A DNA stretch of 64,000 nt from an uncultured Verrucomicrobiae bacterium (GCA_963726745.1 CAVSDR010000006.1:1-64000); one strand, 5' to 3'. Counted from the first letter of the stretch, positions 29,586 to 41,198 are shown. The notes: generated by a model not told the origin, from the letters alone. A program made the numbers and translations.

Positions 29586-31456
29586 CTAGACCATCGGCCG
29601 GAAACGGCCGACGACTTCCTGCAGGCATTGCTGATCTGGCCTAACGAGCAGACCTCGACCGCTTCCATCAGGGCCGGGAAGCAATTCTCCTCCGTCTCCA
29701 CGACGTCGGCTAATTTCTGCAGCGCGGCTTCCGCCTTGCGCGCGTGCTTCGCCTTGAACTTCTTCAGGCGATCGACCTGCAACTGCTGCCTCGACGACGG
29801 CGTGCGCGCGAGTTCGAACTCCGGCATTTCTTCCTCCGGGTTGCGATACTTCGTCAGCGCCACGATCGGGCGGGTGCCATCGTAGATCTGCTGCTCGTAG
29901 CGATGCGCGGCGTTCTGGATCTGGCTGCGCTGGTAGCGATTTTCCACCGCCGCAACCACGCCGCCGAGCCGCTCGATTTCGCGGAACTCCTCGAGGATCG
30001 CGGCCTCGACCGCGCGCTCGACCGCCTTCATGCCCGGCGAACCGCTGAGCATGTTCATGGTGTGTTTGAAGAGGCCGGACTCCTCCAGCAGGATCGCCTG
30101 GCCGTGGGCCGCGAGGCGGATCCACTCTTCGCTCGGCGTGGTGAAAGGCTCGTCGGCGCTGTTCGAATGGCACGAGTTGGTGCCGTTCATGTAGGCCAGC
30201 ATCAGCTCCGCGGCGGTGCGCGTGAGGTTGTTCTTAAACTCCGCGGCAATGAGCGAGCGCCCGCTGGTCTGCGTGTGCACCTTGAACATCTGCGCCTTGT
30301 GGCCCGCGCCGAAAGCGTCGCGCATCCCGATCGCCCAAATGCGCCGCGAGACGCGGGTGAGCGCGATGTATTCCACATCGAGGCCGCAATCGAGGAAGAA
30401 CGAGAGCCGCGGGCCGAACTCGTCCACCGGAATGCCGCGCGCGGCGAGCATTTCCGCGTAAGCGAAACCGTTCGAGAGCGTGTAAGCCGCCTGCTGCACC
30501 GGCGTGGAACCGGCCTCGCCGATGTGGTAACCGCTGATCGAGACCGGATACCAGCGCGGCATGTGCTCCGTGGTCCACTGGATCATGTCGGCTAAAAAGC
30601 GGAGCGACGCTTCCACCGGGAAGATGGTCTCGTTCTGCGCCTGCACTTCCTTGAAAATATCCGCCTGGATGGTGCCGCGAAGTTTCGGGACGACATCATC
30701 GCCGAAGCGCCGTTTCGCGGCCGCGATATACATCGCCATGATGATCGGGGCCGGGCCGCTGATCGTCATCGAGGCGGAGAAATCGGGCGAGCCGAGATCG
30801 AAGCCATCGTAGAGCCGGACCATGTCCTCGACCGTGTCCACGGCCACGCCGCCTTCGCCGATCTTGCCGAAGACGCCGTCGGCGTCGCTGTCGATTCCGT
30901 AGAGCGTCGGGCCGTCGAAGGCGGTGCTGAGGCGCTTCGAGCGCTGGTGCGCGCTCAGGAAGCGGAAACGCTTGTTCGTGTCCTCCGCGAGCATGAGCCC
31001 GGAGAACAAACGCGTCGGCTCCTCGGCCTGCTGCGGCTTCTTGACCGTCGTCGTGTCGGCTGTTTTCGCGGCGCCGTTCTTGTGGCCGTTGTTGCTCCCG
31101 TTCAGGCGCGCGCCTTTGCCGTTCTTTTCGTAGGCGCCGGTCTCGATCGCGCCCTCCGCCAGCGGCTCGAGATACATCTCGCGATAAGCGCCATTGAGAA
31201 ACGGGAACTCGCCCGGCAAACCGTCGCCTAACAAGTAGCGCGCAATTTCTCCCGGCTCGTCGATTTCCGGCAAAGCCAGCCGCGGGAGCATCAAGCCGGT
31301 AGGCGCCGCCGAAGTCTTGATCCGGCTCTTGATCTCGTTCCAGCGGTTAACCATCTCCTGGCCGAACTTCTTGTCCGTGCGCGCCCGCTGCACCTCATCC
31401 AGCACGTGCTGGTTGTAGTTCTCCACCGCTTCAACCACGCGTCCTAGTTTGCTCAT
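29586..31456 (-). CDS. icmF: Acyl-CoA mutase catalytic subunit, IcmF C-terminal-like; frameshift near 29630
   Basis: GLPGEFPF..G, PTRLFSG, RLSTAFD, RGTIQADIFKE, SISGYHI, HTQTSGRSL. Confidence 0.75.
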
Positions 31457-32616
31457 CGTTTGCCTTTCTTCGCCGGGGCCGGCGCTTCACTCGTGAGGAG
31501 ATCGCAGAGTTCATCGACCCCGCGATCGCGGTGGCGCTTGGCCACCGTGGAAACTAATTTTTGCGAGCGCTGGTTTTGCTCCAGGCGGCGCTCGATCTCG
31601 CTCATCGCGGTCTTGGCGCGGTCGAGGTCGCTCTTGTTCACGACCACGATGTCGGCCAGGTCGAGCATGACGATCTTCTGCAACTGCAGGCGCGCGCCGT
31701 AGTCGGGATTCATCACCATGACTGTCTGGTCGACCAGTTCGCTCTGGAACGGCATCGCCTCCTGGCCGGTGCCGACGGTCTCGATGATCACGTAGTCAAA
31801 ATCACTCTGCGCAAGCAGCCGGAGGCAATCCTCGGTCGCGGGCGACAAGCCGCCGGCCTGCCCGCGCGTGGCCATGCTGCGCATGAAAACGCGGTCGTTC
31901 TGCGAGTTGATCATGGTCGCGCGATCGCCCAGGAGCGCGCCTTCGCCGACGACACTCGGGTCGTGCGAAAGGATCGCGATCCGCGCCTGCTGGCTCGCGC
32001 TGGAGCAGGCGCAAGATCAGCTCGTCGATTAAAGTTGTTTTCCCTGCACCGCCCGGGCCGGTGAAGCCAATCACCTTCGAGCGCGGATTCTTCGGCCGCG
32101 CGCAGATTTAGCCGACGCTTTCGCGGGACGTTTCCCGTTCGCAAAGCCGTCCTCGATCGCGGTCAGCTTCCGCGCGAGCACCATCATCGGGTCCTTCGTC
32201 GGTTTGCGTTTCCGCGCTTTGCCGTAGTGCGCGTGCACGTAGTCGACCATGTCGGTGAGCGAAGTCCCGGCGAAGAAAATCTTGTCGACCCCGCGCCTCT
32301 GCATCACCCGCTGGTCATCGTGCGTGATCGTCCCGCCGCCGCCGCCGAAGACCTTGATCTCATCGGCTCCGGCTTTGCGCAGTTGCCGCACGACCTCGGA
32401 GAAAAACTCCACGTGCCCGCCGTTGTAGCTCGAGATGCCGACCGCGGCCACGTCCTCCTGGATCGCGGCGCGCACGATATCCTGCACGTAGCGATGGTAG
32501 CCGAGGTAAATGACCTCGATCCCGTGGCGGATGAATTCGAGGTTGATCGTGTTGATCGCGCTATCGTGCCCGTCGCAAATGGGCACGGCCGTGAGGACGC
32601 GGATGGGTGCTGCCAT
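31453..32616 (-). CDS. B12-binding domain plus MeaB-like GTPase, IcmF N-terminal-like; frameshifts near 32075 and 31985
   Basis: CDGHDSAIN, SSYNGGH, GFTGPGGAGKTT, FMRSMATR, ETVGTGQ, VNKSD. Confidence 0.82.
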
Positions 32617-32677
32617 GAGCCGCAAATCTTACCGGCAATCGCTTGTCCGGCAACGGCATTCGCCTAACGTCTCGCGC

Positions 32678-33433
32678 ATGACTGACCCTCTCGATTTCTC
32701 CGGCAAAGCGGTCCTGGTAACCGGCAGCTCGCGCGGCCTGGGCGCGGCCATGGTGCAAGCCTTCGGCGACCGCGGCGCGAAGTGCGTGGTCAATTTCATC
32801 GGCGACCCGCAGGGGCAAAACCAAAGCGAGGCCGAGATGGTCGCAGCCAAAATAGACGGCGCGCTCACGATCGAGTGCGACGTGACCGACCCGATGCAGG
32901 TCGAGGCGATGATGGCGGAAATTAAACAGCGCTTTGGCGGCCTCGATGTCCTGATCAACAACTCCGGAATCATCCGCGATCGCACGATGAAGAAGATGAG
33001 CGCCGAGGATTTCGAGAGCGTCGTGCGCGTCAACCTTACCGGCACTTTCAACGTCACCCAGAAAGCGGCCGCCGTGCTGAACCAGGGCGGCCGGGTGATC
33101 AATCTTTCGTCGGTCAGCGGCCAGATGGGTCTCTTCGGCCAGGCGAATTATTCCTCGAGCAAAGCGGCGATCATCGCGCTGACCAAGGTCTCCGCGCGCG
33201 AGCTGGCCCGCCAGGGGATCACGGTGAACGCGATCGCGCCCGGCTTCATCGACGTCGGCATGAGCAAAGGCATGCCGGACGAGGTCACAGAGAACTTCAA
33301 GAAACAGATCCCGCTCGGCCGCCTGGGCGAGGCGCACGAGATCGTCGATGCGGCCCTCTTCCTGGCCTCGCCCATGGCCAGCTACATCACCGGCCAGGTG
33401 TTGAACGTGAACGGCGGCTATTACATGGGCTAA
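32678..33433 (+). CDS. FabG-like short-chain dehydrogenase/reductase
   Basis: TGSSRGLG, NNSGI, YSSSK, NAIAPGF. Confidence 0.9.
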   Translation: MTDPLDFSGKAVLVTGSSRGLGAAMVQAFGDRGAKCVVNFIGDPQGQNQSEAEMVAAKIDGALTIECDVTDPMQVEAMMAEIKQRFGGLDVLINNSGIIRDRTMKKMSAEDFESVVRVNLTGTFNVTQKAAAVLNQGGRVINLSSVSGQMGLFGQANYSSSKAAIIALTKVSARELARQGITVNAIAPGFIDVGMSKGMPDEVTENFKKQIPLGRLGEAHEIVDAALFLASPMASYITGQVLNVNGGYYMG

Positions 33434-33474
33434 AGCCGGGGGCGCGGAGCACGCATCCTGCTCCCTGGAGGGGC

Positions 33475-33819
33475 ATGCAACTGGCCCGTTCCCTCTCCCG
33501 CCGCCCTGCCGTCCCTGCCCAGTCCGCCGCGCGCACCGCTTCCGCGGAAGCGATTGCGGAGATTCGAGCTTACATCGCAATCCGCGATCAACTCCTCGAG
33601 GAAGCGGAGGAATTTCGCACTCCCGCGAAATTAGACAGCACTTTGGCGGCGAACGACTACGTAGCCGATTGCCTCCGCCCAGCGCGTTCGCCTTACCACG
33701 GCCAATGCCTCGCGGAAGCTGAGACGCTCCGCGAGCGTGCTCGCTGCGAGTTTGTCAAAGGCCGCGTGGCCCAGCTGCGCATGCTCACTTGCGGACCGCT
33801 TCCTGGCGGCCGCATGTAG
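33475..33819 (+). CDS. Hypothetical protein (114 aa)
   Basis: GGAGG RBS before ATG; fills the gap between convergent genes. Confidence 0.5.
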   Translation: MQLARSLSRRPAVPAQSAARTASAEAIAEIRAYIAIRDQLLEEAEEFRTPAKLDSTLAANDYVADCLRPARSPYHGQCLAEAETLRERARCEFVKGRVAQLRMLTCGPLPGGRM

Positions 33820-33823
33820 CCGG

Positions 33824-35061
33824 CTATTCCACGGCCCCAGACCATGGCCACGGCGGTCGTGAGACTGCCGCCCATGTTGAAGGTGAGGTATTTTTTCGCG
33901 CCGTTGATTTGGCGGGCGCCGGCCTGTTCGGTGAGGTGCTGATAGGCCTCGACTACCTGCCGCACGCCGGTCGCGCCGACCGGGTGACCGTCGCCGATCA
34001 AACCGCCGCCTGGGTTGACCGGAATCTCGAAGTCGATCTTTGCCGCTGACCTTTTCGTTCCGCACCTGCGGAAGCGCGGTCGCGCCGGTCATGGCCAGCT
34101 CCGCGCCTTTGCCCGCCTCGGCCAGGCCGAGGATTTCGTAGGCGCAAATTTCGGTGATCGAGAAGCAATCGTGCACATCGGCGCCATGCATGTCGCGCGG
34201 CGTCAGGTTTGCCATCCCGAAGGCTTTCTCGGCCGCTTTCTTCGCGGTCGTGAAAACGGGCGCGTCTTTCTTCTCCAGCGCGAGGTAATCGGTCGACAGC
34301 CCGTAGCCGAGCAAGGTCGGCAGCTTCGACTTATCGATCCCGTGTTTGTCGCAGTATTTTCCAGAGACGAGCACGATCGCCGCCGCGCCGTCGGTGATCT
34401 GCGAGCAATCCGAAACCTTCAACGGCGGAGCAACGCTGGGGTTCTTGTCCGAGACCTGCGACGCATGGTCGTAGGTCAGGTCGGCATCGCGCATTTGCGC
34501 GAGCGGGTTCAAGCGCGCGTGCGCATAATTTTTGTAGGCCACCCAGGAGAGCTCCTTCTCGCTCGCGCCGTATTTCTCGATATAGAGCTGCGCGATGCGC
34601 CCGAACAATTTCGGGAACATGAAGTCGCCGTATTCCGGCTGCTCGACATGGTAATCGGCCGCTGCGCCGAGCACGTCCGAGCCGTCCTTGGCCGACATCG
34701 TCTTCTGCTGTTCCGCGCCGACCACGAGAACGGCGTCATGGAAACCGCCCATGATCCATTGCGCGCCGAGCGTGACCGAGAGCGCGCCGGAAGCGCAGGC
34801 CGCTTCCGTGTGCATCGTCGGGATGCCATGCAGTTTCGGGTCAATCTCCGGCACGAAACCGCCAAGGTGAAGTTGCTTGGTAAATTGCCCGGCGTTGAAA
34901 TTCCCGACCGCAGCCGCTTCGATCTCCGCGGCGTCGATCTTCGCGTCCTTCAGCGCGCCCTGCCCCGCTTCCACGATCAAATCGCGGATGGTTTTGCCTT
35001 CCTTGCGGAGGTTGCGCTTAAAGTCAGTCCGGCTCGCGCCGAGGATGTATACGGGTTCCAT
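33824..35061 (-). CDS. Thiolase family protein (SCP2-type, HDC motif); frameshift near 34040, 3' end approximate
   Basis: EAACASG, DCSQITDGAA, VHDCF, GHPVGATG, NMGGS. Confidence 0.88.
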
Positions 35062-35127
35062 AAAAGTGGTCTTTCGGTTAAGAGGGAAAACTACGAGCGC
35101 AGGGAGCAAACGGCAACGCGCCGTCTC

Positions 35128-36522
35128 TTACTGCGACTGCTTCTGCAGCCGCGGATCCGTCTCGGCAATAATGATGCTGACCGCGTGCTGATTGAAACCC
35201 TTGAAGCCGCCCCTCCGCTGCAGGTTTTCGAGATGGCTGCCGATCGCACCATTCTTCACGAACTCCTCAAACTGCGCGTCTGTGATCGAACCGGCTGCCT
35301 GCAATCGCTCGGCACGCGCGCGCCGCACCGGCCAGCGCTCACCTTCAGTGAACGCCTGTTTCAGAAACGGAAAATCGGAGAAAGGCTTCATCGTGTTGAT
35401 GCCCTCCTTGGTGAGTTGTTCGCGCAGGAGCGCGTGGTCAAAGCGGCACTCGAGGTGATGCATCCCCGCCTCGAGGAAGCTCTCGCCGTGCAGGCCGCAC
35501 CAGAGCCCGATCGTCCCGACTTTCGGCTGCGCCGGAAGCGCGCGGCGCGAGAAGTCGATGTCTACTTCGTCGGGGTTCAGGTCGACGTCGTTGAAGATGA
35601 TGATCCCCTCGACCGGCTGCTCGACGATCTGCGCGCCCCAGCCCGCCTGCGCCCCGGCGTAGTAACGCTCGCGGCGATGAAAGCCGAGCAGCTCCCAGGC
35701 CTTGATCAGGTCGACAAAACATTCGCGCGAAGAGCGGAAGGTGTGGTGATCGTGATTCGCCCAGCCGAGGCCTAACGAGTCCTGCCGGCGCTTCTGCTCG
35801 GTGCCGGCGCGATTGCGCTTTTGCCAGAAGCGGCGCTCCTCCTCAAAGACGAGGTGGCAGGCTAAATCCTGGCCCACCAGCTGGACCATGCGCTCGATCC
35901 GCGCGAGGCCGTCTTTCATCCCCGCCAGGTCGTCGTCCCACTGGCGCGGCCGTGCCTGCCAAAGCTCCCGCGCGGCAAAATAGCCGACCAGATCCGGCTC
36001 GCTCGGGACGTAACCGCGATAGGCGCGGCGCTCGATCACTTCGAAGCGGGCGCCGTTCTCCTCCGCGAAAAGCATTTTCCGGAAACGCGAAAACGGCGCG
36101 CCTTCGATCGCGTGGGTGACGCCATGCACACCGGCGAAAATCGCCAGGTCTTCCACACGAATGCCAAGCCCTAGCGGGAATTTCGCGTTCGTCTGCGCGA
36201 TCAAGACTCGCGGCAGCATCGCCTCCGGATGCCAAAGCTGCCGCTGCCCCTCGGGCGCGTCGGCCAGCGGATCCTCCGTGTAACCCGTCGCGCGCAGCGC
36301 CGCTTCGTCCGACGCCGGGAGCACGAGGTAATCGGTCCAGTCGAGCAGAAGCGTGCCGGTCTCGTCGCGCATCCGCCGGGCCATGTTGGCCGCGGCCGCG
36401 TTTTGCTGGGTGAAGGCGTCGATCTTCTCCAGGAGGAAGTTCTCCGCGTCGTAACACAGCGGCCATTCGAAACGGGTTTCCGCGGCGTCCTGCTTTTGAG
36501 GGTCGAGGGTGGCGATGCTCAT
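35128..36522 (-). CDS. Uncharacterised VOC-like metalloprotein, possibly DUF1338/HglS-related
   Basis: WANHDHHTFRS, MHHLECRF, HLENLQR..GFKGFNQ; in the lysine catabolism operon. Confidence 0.5.
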   Translation of the reverse strand: MSIATLDPQKQDAAETRFEWPLCYDAENFLLEKIDAFTQQNAAAANMARRMRDETGTLLLDWTDYLVLPASDEAALRATGYTEDPLADAPEGQRQLWHPEAMLPRVLIAQTNAKFPLGLGIRVEDLAIFAGVHGVTHAIEGAPFSRFRKMLFAEENGARFEVIERRAYRGYVPSEPDLVGYFAARELWQARPRQWDDDLAGMKDGLARIERMVQLVGQDLACHLVFEEERRFWQKRNRAGTEQKRRQDSLGLGWANHDHHTFRSSRECFVDLIKAWELLGFHRRERYYAGAQAGWGAQIVEQPVEGIIIFNDVDLNPDEVDIDFSRRALPAQPKVGTIGLWCGLHGESFLEAGMHHLECRFDHALLREQLTKEGINTMKPFSDFPFLKQAFTEGERWPVRRARAERLQAAGSITDAQFEEFVKNGAIGSHLENLQRRGGFKGFNQHAVSIIIAETDPRLQKQSQ

Positions 36523-36555
36523 ACGTTCTTAATTTGGCTTAACCGACAAAACTTG

Positions 36556-38196
36556 TCATTTCCCGCTCTCGGGCGAACCGGGCCGGCGCGCGCTTTCGCT
36601 CTCCGCGCGCAGCGCATGGTATTCGCTTTGCGGCTGCCACGAAGGCCAGGCCGCGGAGTTCGCCAGTTCATGGCCGAGCGCGAAGGCCACGCCAGCTTCC
36701 TGCGCGGTGCCGGCAAAGGTCCACTTCGAATCAAATTGATCGCACGGCTGGTGATAGCAGTCCCGGTTGTAAGCCGCGACGACCGCCTGCCCTGCGGCCG
36801 ACCCACCGTCGACCAGGTCGCGCCCGGCGCGGAAAGCGAGCGCAGGCACGCCGCGCTTCGCGAAGGGGAAATGATCCGAGCGAAAATACCAGCCGGCTTC
36901 CGGGTTCGGCTCCGGCGTAACCTTCAAGCCCTGCGCTTTGGCCACGCGGCCGAAGTCATCCTCCAAGGTCGTCCGCCCGCCGCCGATCAACTCCACGTCG
37001 CGCGCCGCCGGCAGGACCACGTGCGGGTCGAGATTGATCACCGCGACCGTCGTCGCCAGCGGATAAAGCGGATGCGCCGCGTAAAACTCCGAGCCGAGCA
37101 AGCCCTTCTCCTCCGCGGTCCAGGCCGCGAAAACCACCGTCCGTTCCGGCGCCTTCCCGGCCTTGAAAGCGCGCGCTATTTCCAGCACTTCCGCGGTGCC
37201 GGTGGCATTATCGACCGCGCCGTTGCGGATTGCGTCGCCGGTTTTGTCGGGGCCGTTCGTCCCGTTTGCGTCCCAATGCGCACCGTAAAGAATCGTCTCG
37301 TTAGGCCGCGCGCTCCCGGTAATTTTAGCCAGCACATTGCGGCTCTCGAAGGGCGTCGCCTTGAGCTCGCCGTGGGCTGAAAGTGCTGCCTCTTTTAGCG
37401 GAAACGCGCGAAAGCCAGGGTCGCGGGCCTGCTTCTTCAGTTCCGGCAAGCTCTGGCCGGTGGCCTGCAGAAGTTTCTCCGTCACATCGCCCGCGAGCCA
37501 GCCGCTGAGCTTCAACTCCGAAGGCTTGAGCGGCGCCAGCACCATCGCCGGGAGCGCGTCGCCGCTTGCGAGCTGTGAGAAGGGATAACTCGCGGCCGCT
37601 TCCTCGTGGAGCACGAGCACACCGGCCGCGCCGGCCTTTGCCGCGGCCTCGAACTTCACCCCCACGCGGCCTGCATACGCCATCCGTCGTCCCTCGAAAC
37701 CAAGATCTTTCCCCGCCTCGAAATCCGGATCGTTCGCCAGCACGACTGCGATTTTGCCGGCCATCTCCACGCCTTCGTAGGCGTTCCAGCCGCGATCGAC
37801 CACGCCGTAACCGGCGAAGACCAGCGGCGCATCCTGGAGCGAGGTCTCGCCGGGATTGCGCAGGCCGAGAGTCGCGTTTTTCCCCAGCTCGAGGGCGATC
37901 TCCTTGCCGCCCACCGTCAAGGTGAGACGCGCACCCGGTTGCCGATCGAGCCGGACCAGCGGCACCTGCTGGAACCAGCCCCCTGCTTCGCCGCCGGGTT
38001 GCAATCCCGCTTTCTCGAAAACGCTGGCTAAATATTCCGTGGTCTTTCGGTCTCCCGCTTCGCCCGGGCCCCGCCCGGCAAATTCATCGGAAGCGAGCTG
38101 CTGGACGTCGGCCTTGATCCGCTCCGCGGAGATCGGGCCAGCCGCGAGGCCACGCGCGAGCGTCAGACTAAGTGCGATGGCGAAAAAAAATCTCAC
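36556..38196 (-). CDS. Secreted M28 family metallopeptidase with PA domain
   Basis: GTG start with signal peptide; GAHWD, GAVDNATG, AEEKGLLGS, RSDHF, YHQPCD. Confidence 0.88.
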   Translation of the reverse strand: MRFFFAIALSLTLARGLAAGPISAERIKADVQQLASDEFAGRGPGEAGDRKTTEYLASVFEKAGLQPGGEAGGWFQQVPLVRLDRQPGARLTLTVGGKEIALELGKNATLGLRNPGETSLQDAPLVFAGYGVVDRGWNAYEGVEMAGKIAVVLANDPDFEAGKDLGFEGRRMAYAGRVGVKFEAAAKAGAAGVLVLHEEAAASYPFSQLASGDALPAMVLAPLKPSELKLSGWLAGDVTEKLLQATGQSLPELKKQARDPGFRAFPLKEAALSAHGELKATPFESRNVLAKITGSARPNETILYGAHWDANGTNGPDKTGDAIRNGAVDNATGTAEVLEIARAFKAGKAPERTVVFAAWTAEEKGLLGSEFYAAHPLYPLATTVAVINLDPHVVLPAARDVELIGGGRTTLEDDFGRVAKAQGLKVTPEPNPEAGWYFRSDHFPFAKRGVPALAFRAGRDLVDGGSAAGQAVVAAYNRDCYHQPCDQFDSKWTFAGTAQEAGVAFALGHELANSAAWPSWQPQSEYHALRAESESARRPGSPESGK

Positions 38197-39732
38197 GCGG
38201 TCGCGCTCCCCGTGGCCGGCGCTCCGAACTCGATCCCCTGCGCCAGCGGCAGTTCGGTCGAGAAATTGATCGTGTTCGTCTGGCGCCGCATATAGGCCTT
38301 CCAGGAATCGCTCCCGCTTTCGCGGCCGCCGCCGGTCTGTTTTTCGCCGCCAAAAGCGCCGCCAATTTCCGCGCCGCTCGTCCCGGCGTTGACGTTCGCG
38401 ATTCCGCAATCGCTCCCGACCGCGCTCACAAAGCGCTCCGCTTCGCGCATGTCGTTGGTAAAAATGGCCGAACTCAGGCCCTGCGGCACGTTGTTGTGCA
38501 GCGCGATCGCTTCGTCGAAGTCGCGATACGTCATCAGGTAAAGCAGCGGGCCAAAGGTCTCGTGCTGCACGATCTTCGCGTCCGCGGGAATGGTCGCGAG
38601 GCAAGGCGTCATGAAACAGCCGCCGGCGTTCTCCAGCTTTTCGCCGCCGAACAAAATCTCGCCGCCCTGTTCCTTCGCCTGCGCGATCGAGCGCTGCACG
38701 TTCTCGACCGCTTCCGGGTCGATCAGCGGACCGACCAGCGTCGAACGCTCGAGCGGATTGCCGATGCGCATCGACCGGTAAGCCGCAAGCAACTGCGCGC
38801 GCAGCTTGTCGGCGACCGACTCGTGCACGATCACCCGCCGCGTGGAGGTGCAACGCTGGCCCGCAGTGCCGACCGCGCCGAAGAAGATCGCCCGCGCCGC
38901 CATTTCCAGGTCGGCCGATTGAGAAACAACCAGCGCATTGTTGCCGCCGAGTTCGAGAATGCTTTTGCCCAGGCGTCCATGCACCGTCTTCGCGACGTCA
39001 AAGCCCATCCGCGTCGAGCCGGTCGCGGAGACCAAGCGGGATGCGTGCATCCGCCGCCATCTGCTGCCCAAGGCTCGGCCCGTCGCCGATGACTAACGAG
39101 AAGATGGCCGGATCAGCTCCGGTCGCGCGACACACGCGCTCGGCGATCTTGATTACCGCTATCGCGGTCAGCGGCGTTTTTTCCGACGGCTTCCAGATGG
39201 TCGAGTCGCCGCAGACAGCCGCGAGCGCCGCGTTCCACGACCAGACGGCTACGGGGAAATTAAACGCCGAGATGATGCCGATGATCCCGAGCGGATGCCA
39301 CTGCTCCATCAAGCGATGGCTCGGCCGTTCCGACTGAATCGTGAGGCCGTAAAGCATGCGCGACTGGCCAACCGCGAAGTCGCAGATGTCGATCATCTCC
39401 TGCACTTCGCCTTCGCCTTCGGCCACGATCTTGCCCATCTCCATGGTCACGAGCTGGCCCAGGTCGCTCTTCGCTTCGCGCAGGGCGTTGCCGAGCTGCC
39501 GGACGGTTTCGCCGCGCACCGGCGCCGGGGTCTTGCGCCACTTCAGGAAAGCTTCCTGCGCGCGCGTGACTGTGCGCTCGTAGTCTTCCGGCGAAGCCGT
39601 GCGCACGCGCGCTAACAAGTTGCCGTCTATCGGCGAGCGCTTCTCCAGGAGCGCGCCGCCGCCACGCCATTCCCCGTCGAAAGCGCCGTGATTTTCCTCG
39701 GCCAGGCCGAGCCGCTTGAGAATGTCTTGCAT
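38193..39732 (-). CDS. ALDH7/antiquitin-type aldehyde dehydrogenase (alpha-aminoadipate semialdehyde/P6C dehydrogenase-like); frameshift near 39035
   Basis: ISAFNFPVAVWSWN, LELGGNNA, TAGQRCT, GAEIGGAFGGEK; follows lat. Confidence 0.88.
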
Positions 39733-39737
39733 GGTCG

Positions 39738-41141
39738 TTAGGCCCGCAGGCGCCGGCATTCGTCCCGCAAGAGGTGAAGGCCCTCGTCCGCCACTTCCAC
39801 CGGCAGGTCGAGCGCCGGGCGGAAGCGAATCGCGCGCTCGCCCGACTTCAAGACCAGCAATCCGCGGTCGAAGAGATTTTTCCAAACCGTGTCGCGCGTG
39901 GCCGCATCCGGCAGGTCGAAGGCAATCCAGAGACCGCGCCCGCGCACCGCCGTCATCTGCGGGCATTCCGCCGCGATCGCGCGCAGTCCATCGAGGATGT
40001 GCGCGCCGACTTTCGCGGAGTTCGCGACCAGGTTCTCGCGCTCGATGATCCGCAGGTAATGCTTCGAGCGCACCATGTCGGTGAAGTTGCCGCCCCAGGT
40101 GGAGTTCAAGCGGCTCGGCAAGCGAAAGGCATTGTCCTTCACCTCGTCGAGCTTCGGTCCAGCCATCACGCCGCAGACCTGCGACTTCTTGCCGAAGCAA
40201 AGCAGGTCGGGCAGGACGTCAAAGTGCTGGCAGCACCACGTCTTGCCGGTAGTCCCGAGGCCGGTCTGGACCTCGTCAAAGATCAGCAGCATCTCGTTTT
40301 CGTCGCAAATCTGGCGGAGCTTGCGCAGCCATTCGCCGCGGAAATGGTTGTCGCCGCCTTCGCCCTGGATCGGTTCGATGATGATCGCGGCTACGTCGAC
40401 GCCGCGCTCCGCGATCACCTGGCGAATCTCCGCCTCCGCTTGCTCCTCGCGCGCGATCACGTCCGCCTCGCGCTCCTTTTCGCCTAACGAGAAATCGATC
40501 TTCGGGTTCGAGACCCGCGGCCAGTCGAACTTGGCGAAGAGCGCGACCTTGTTCGGGTCCGTATTCGTCAAGCTCATGGTGTAGCCGCTGCGGCCGTGGA
40601 AAGCCTGGCGGAAATGCAGGATCTCGGTCCCACGTTCGCCCTGGCCGGCCGCCATGTTTTTGCGCACCTTCCAATCCATCGCGGCCTTGAGCGCATTCTC
40701 GATCGCGAGCGCGCCGCCTTCGATGAAGAGGTAACGCTCCAGCGGCGGGCACCCGGCGACGCGCGCGAGTGTTTCCACAAAGTCGGCGTATTGCTCGGTG
40801 TAAACGTCGGAGTTGGCGATCTTGGTGCGCGCCGCCCGGGCCATCTCTTCCTGCACTTCCGGCTGGTCGAAGTAGGGATGATTGAAGCCCACCGGGATCG
40901 AGCCGAAGAACCCGTAAAAGTCGATCAATTGCTTGCCCGTGACCGCATTGAAGATGCGGGACCCACGGCTGCGCTCGAGGTCGAAGACGATCTTGAAGCC
41001 GTCCATCAGGACGTGCTCCTCGAGTTTCTTCAGCGCGCTGGCAGCGGCGCGAAGGACGTCATCGGAATGGGCAGGGCTCGTAACGGAGCGGCGCGAAGCA
41101 GAAGTGCCCGGCGCCTCCGTGAGCACGGGAGGCATACTCAT
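39738..41141 (-). CDS. lat: L-lysine 6-aminotransferase
   Basis: EGGALAIENALKAAMDWK, FHGRSGYTMSLTNTDP, EPIQGEGGDNHF, FGKKSQV, RLNSTWGG. Confidence 0.9.
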   Translation of the reverse strand: MSMPPVLTEAPGTSASRRSVTSPAHSDDVLRAAASALKKLEEHVLMDGFKIVFDLERSRGSRIFNAVTGKQLIDFYGFFGSIPVGFNHPYFDQPEVQEEMARAARTKIANSDVYTEQYADFVETLARVAGCPPLERYLFIEGGALAIENALKAAMDWKVRKNMAAGQGERGTEILHFRQAFHGRSGYTMSLTNTDPNKVALFAKFDWPRVSNPKIDFSLGEKEREADVIAREEQAEAEIRQVIAERGVDVAAIIIEPIQGEGGDNHFRGEWLRKLRQICDENEMLLIFDEVQTGLGTTGKTWCCQHFDVLPDLLCFGKKSQVCGVMAGPKLDEVKDNAFRLPSRLNSTWGGNFTDMVRSKHYLRIIERENLVANSAKVGAHILDGLRAIAAECPQMTAVRGRGLWIAFDLPDAATRDTVWKNLFDRGLLVLKSGERAIRFRPALDLPVEVADEGLHLLRDECRRLRA

Positions 41142-41198
41142 CCGCAGAGGTTAGCTTTAGCGCTCTGTTTGGTCAACCGGAGCCCGGTCTAACGAAAG

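Noticed and set aside
38197..38853. N-terminal extension of the M28 peptidase in the 765-aa ORF call
   Set aside because: It is an alternate frame of the ALDH gene; the signal peptide starts at GTG 38196
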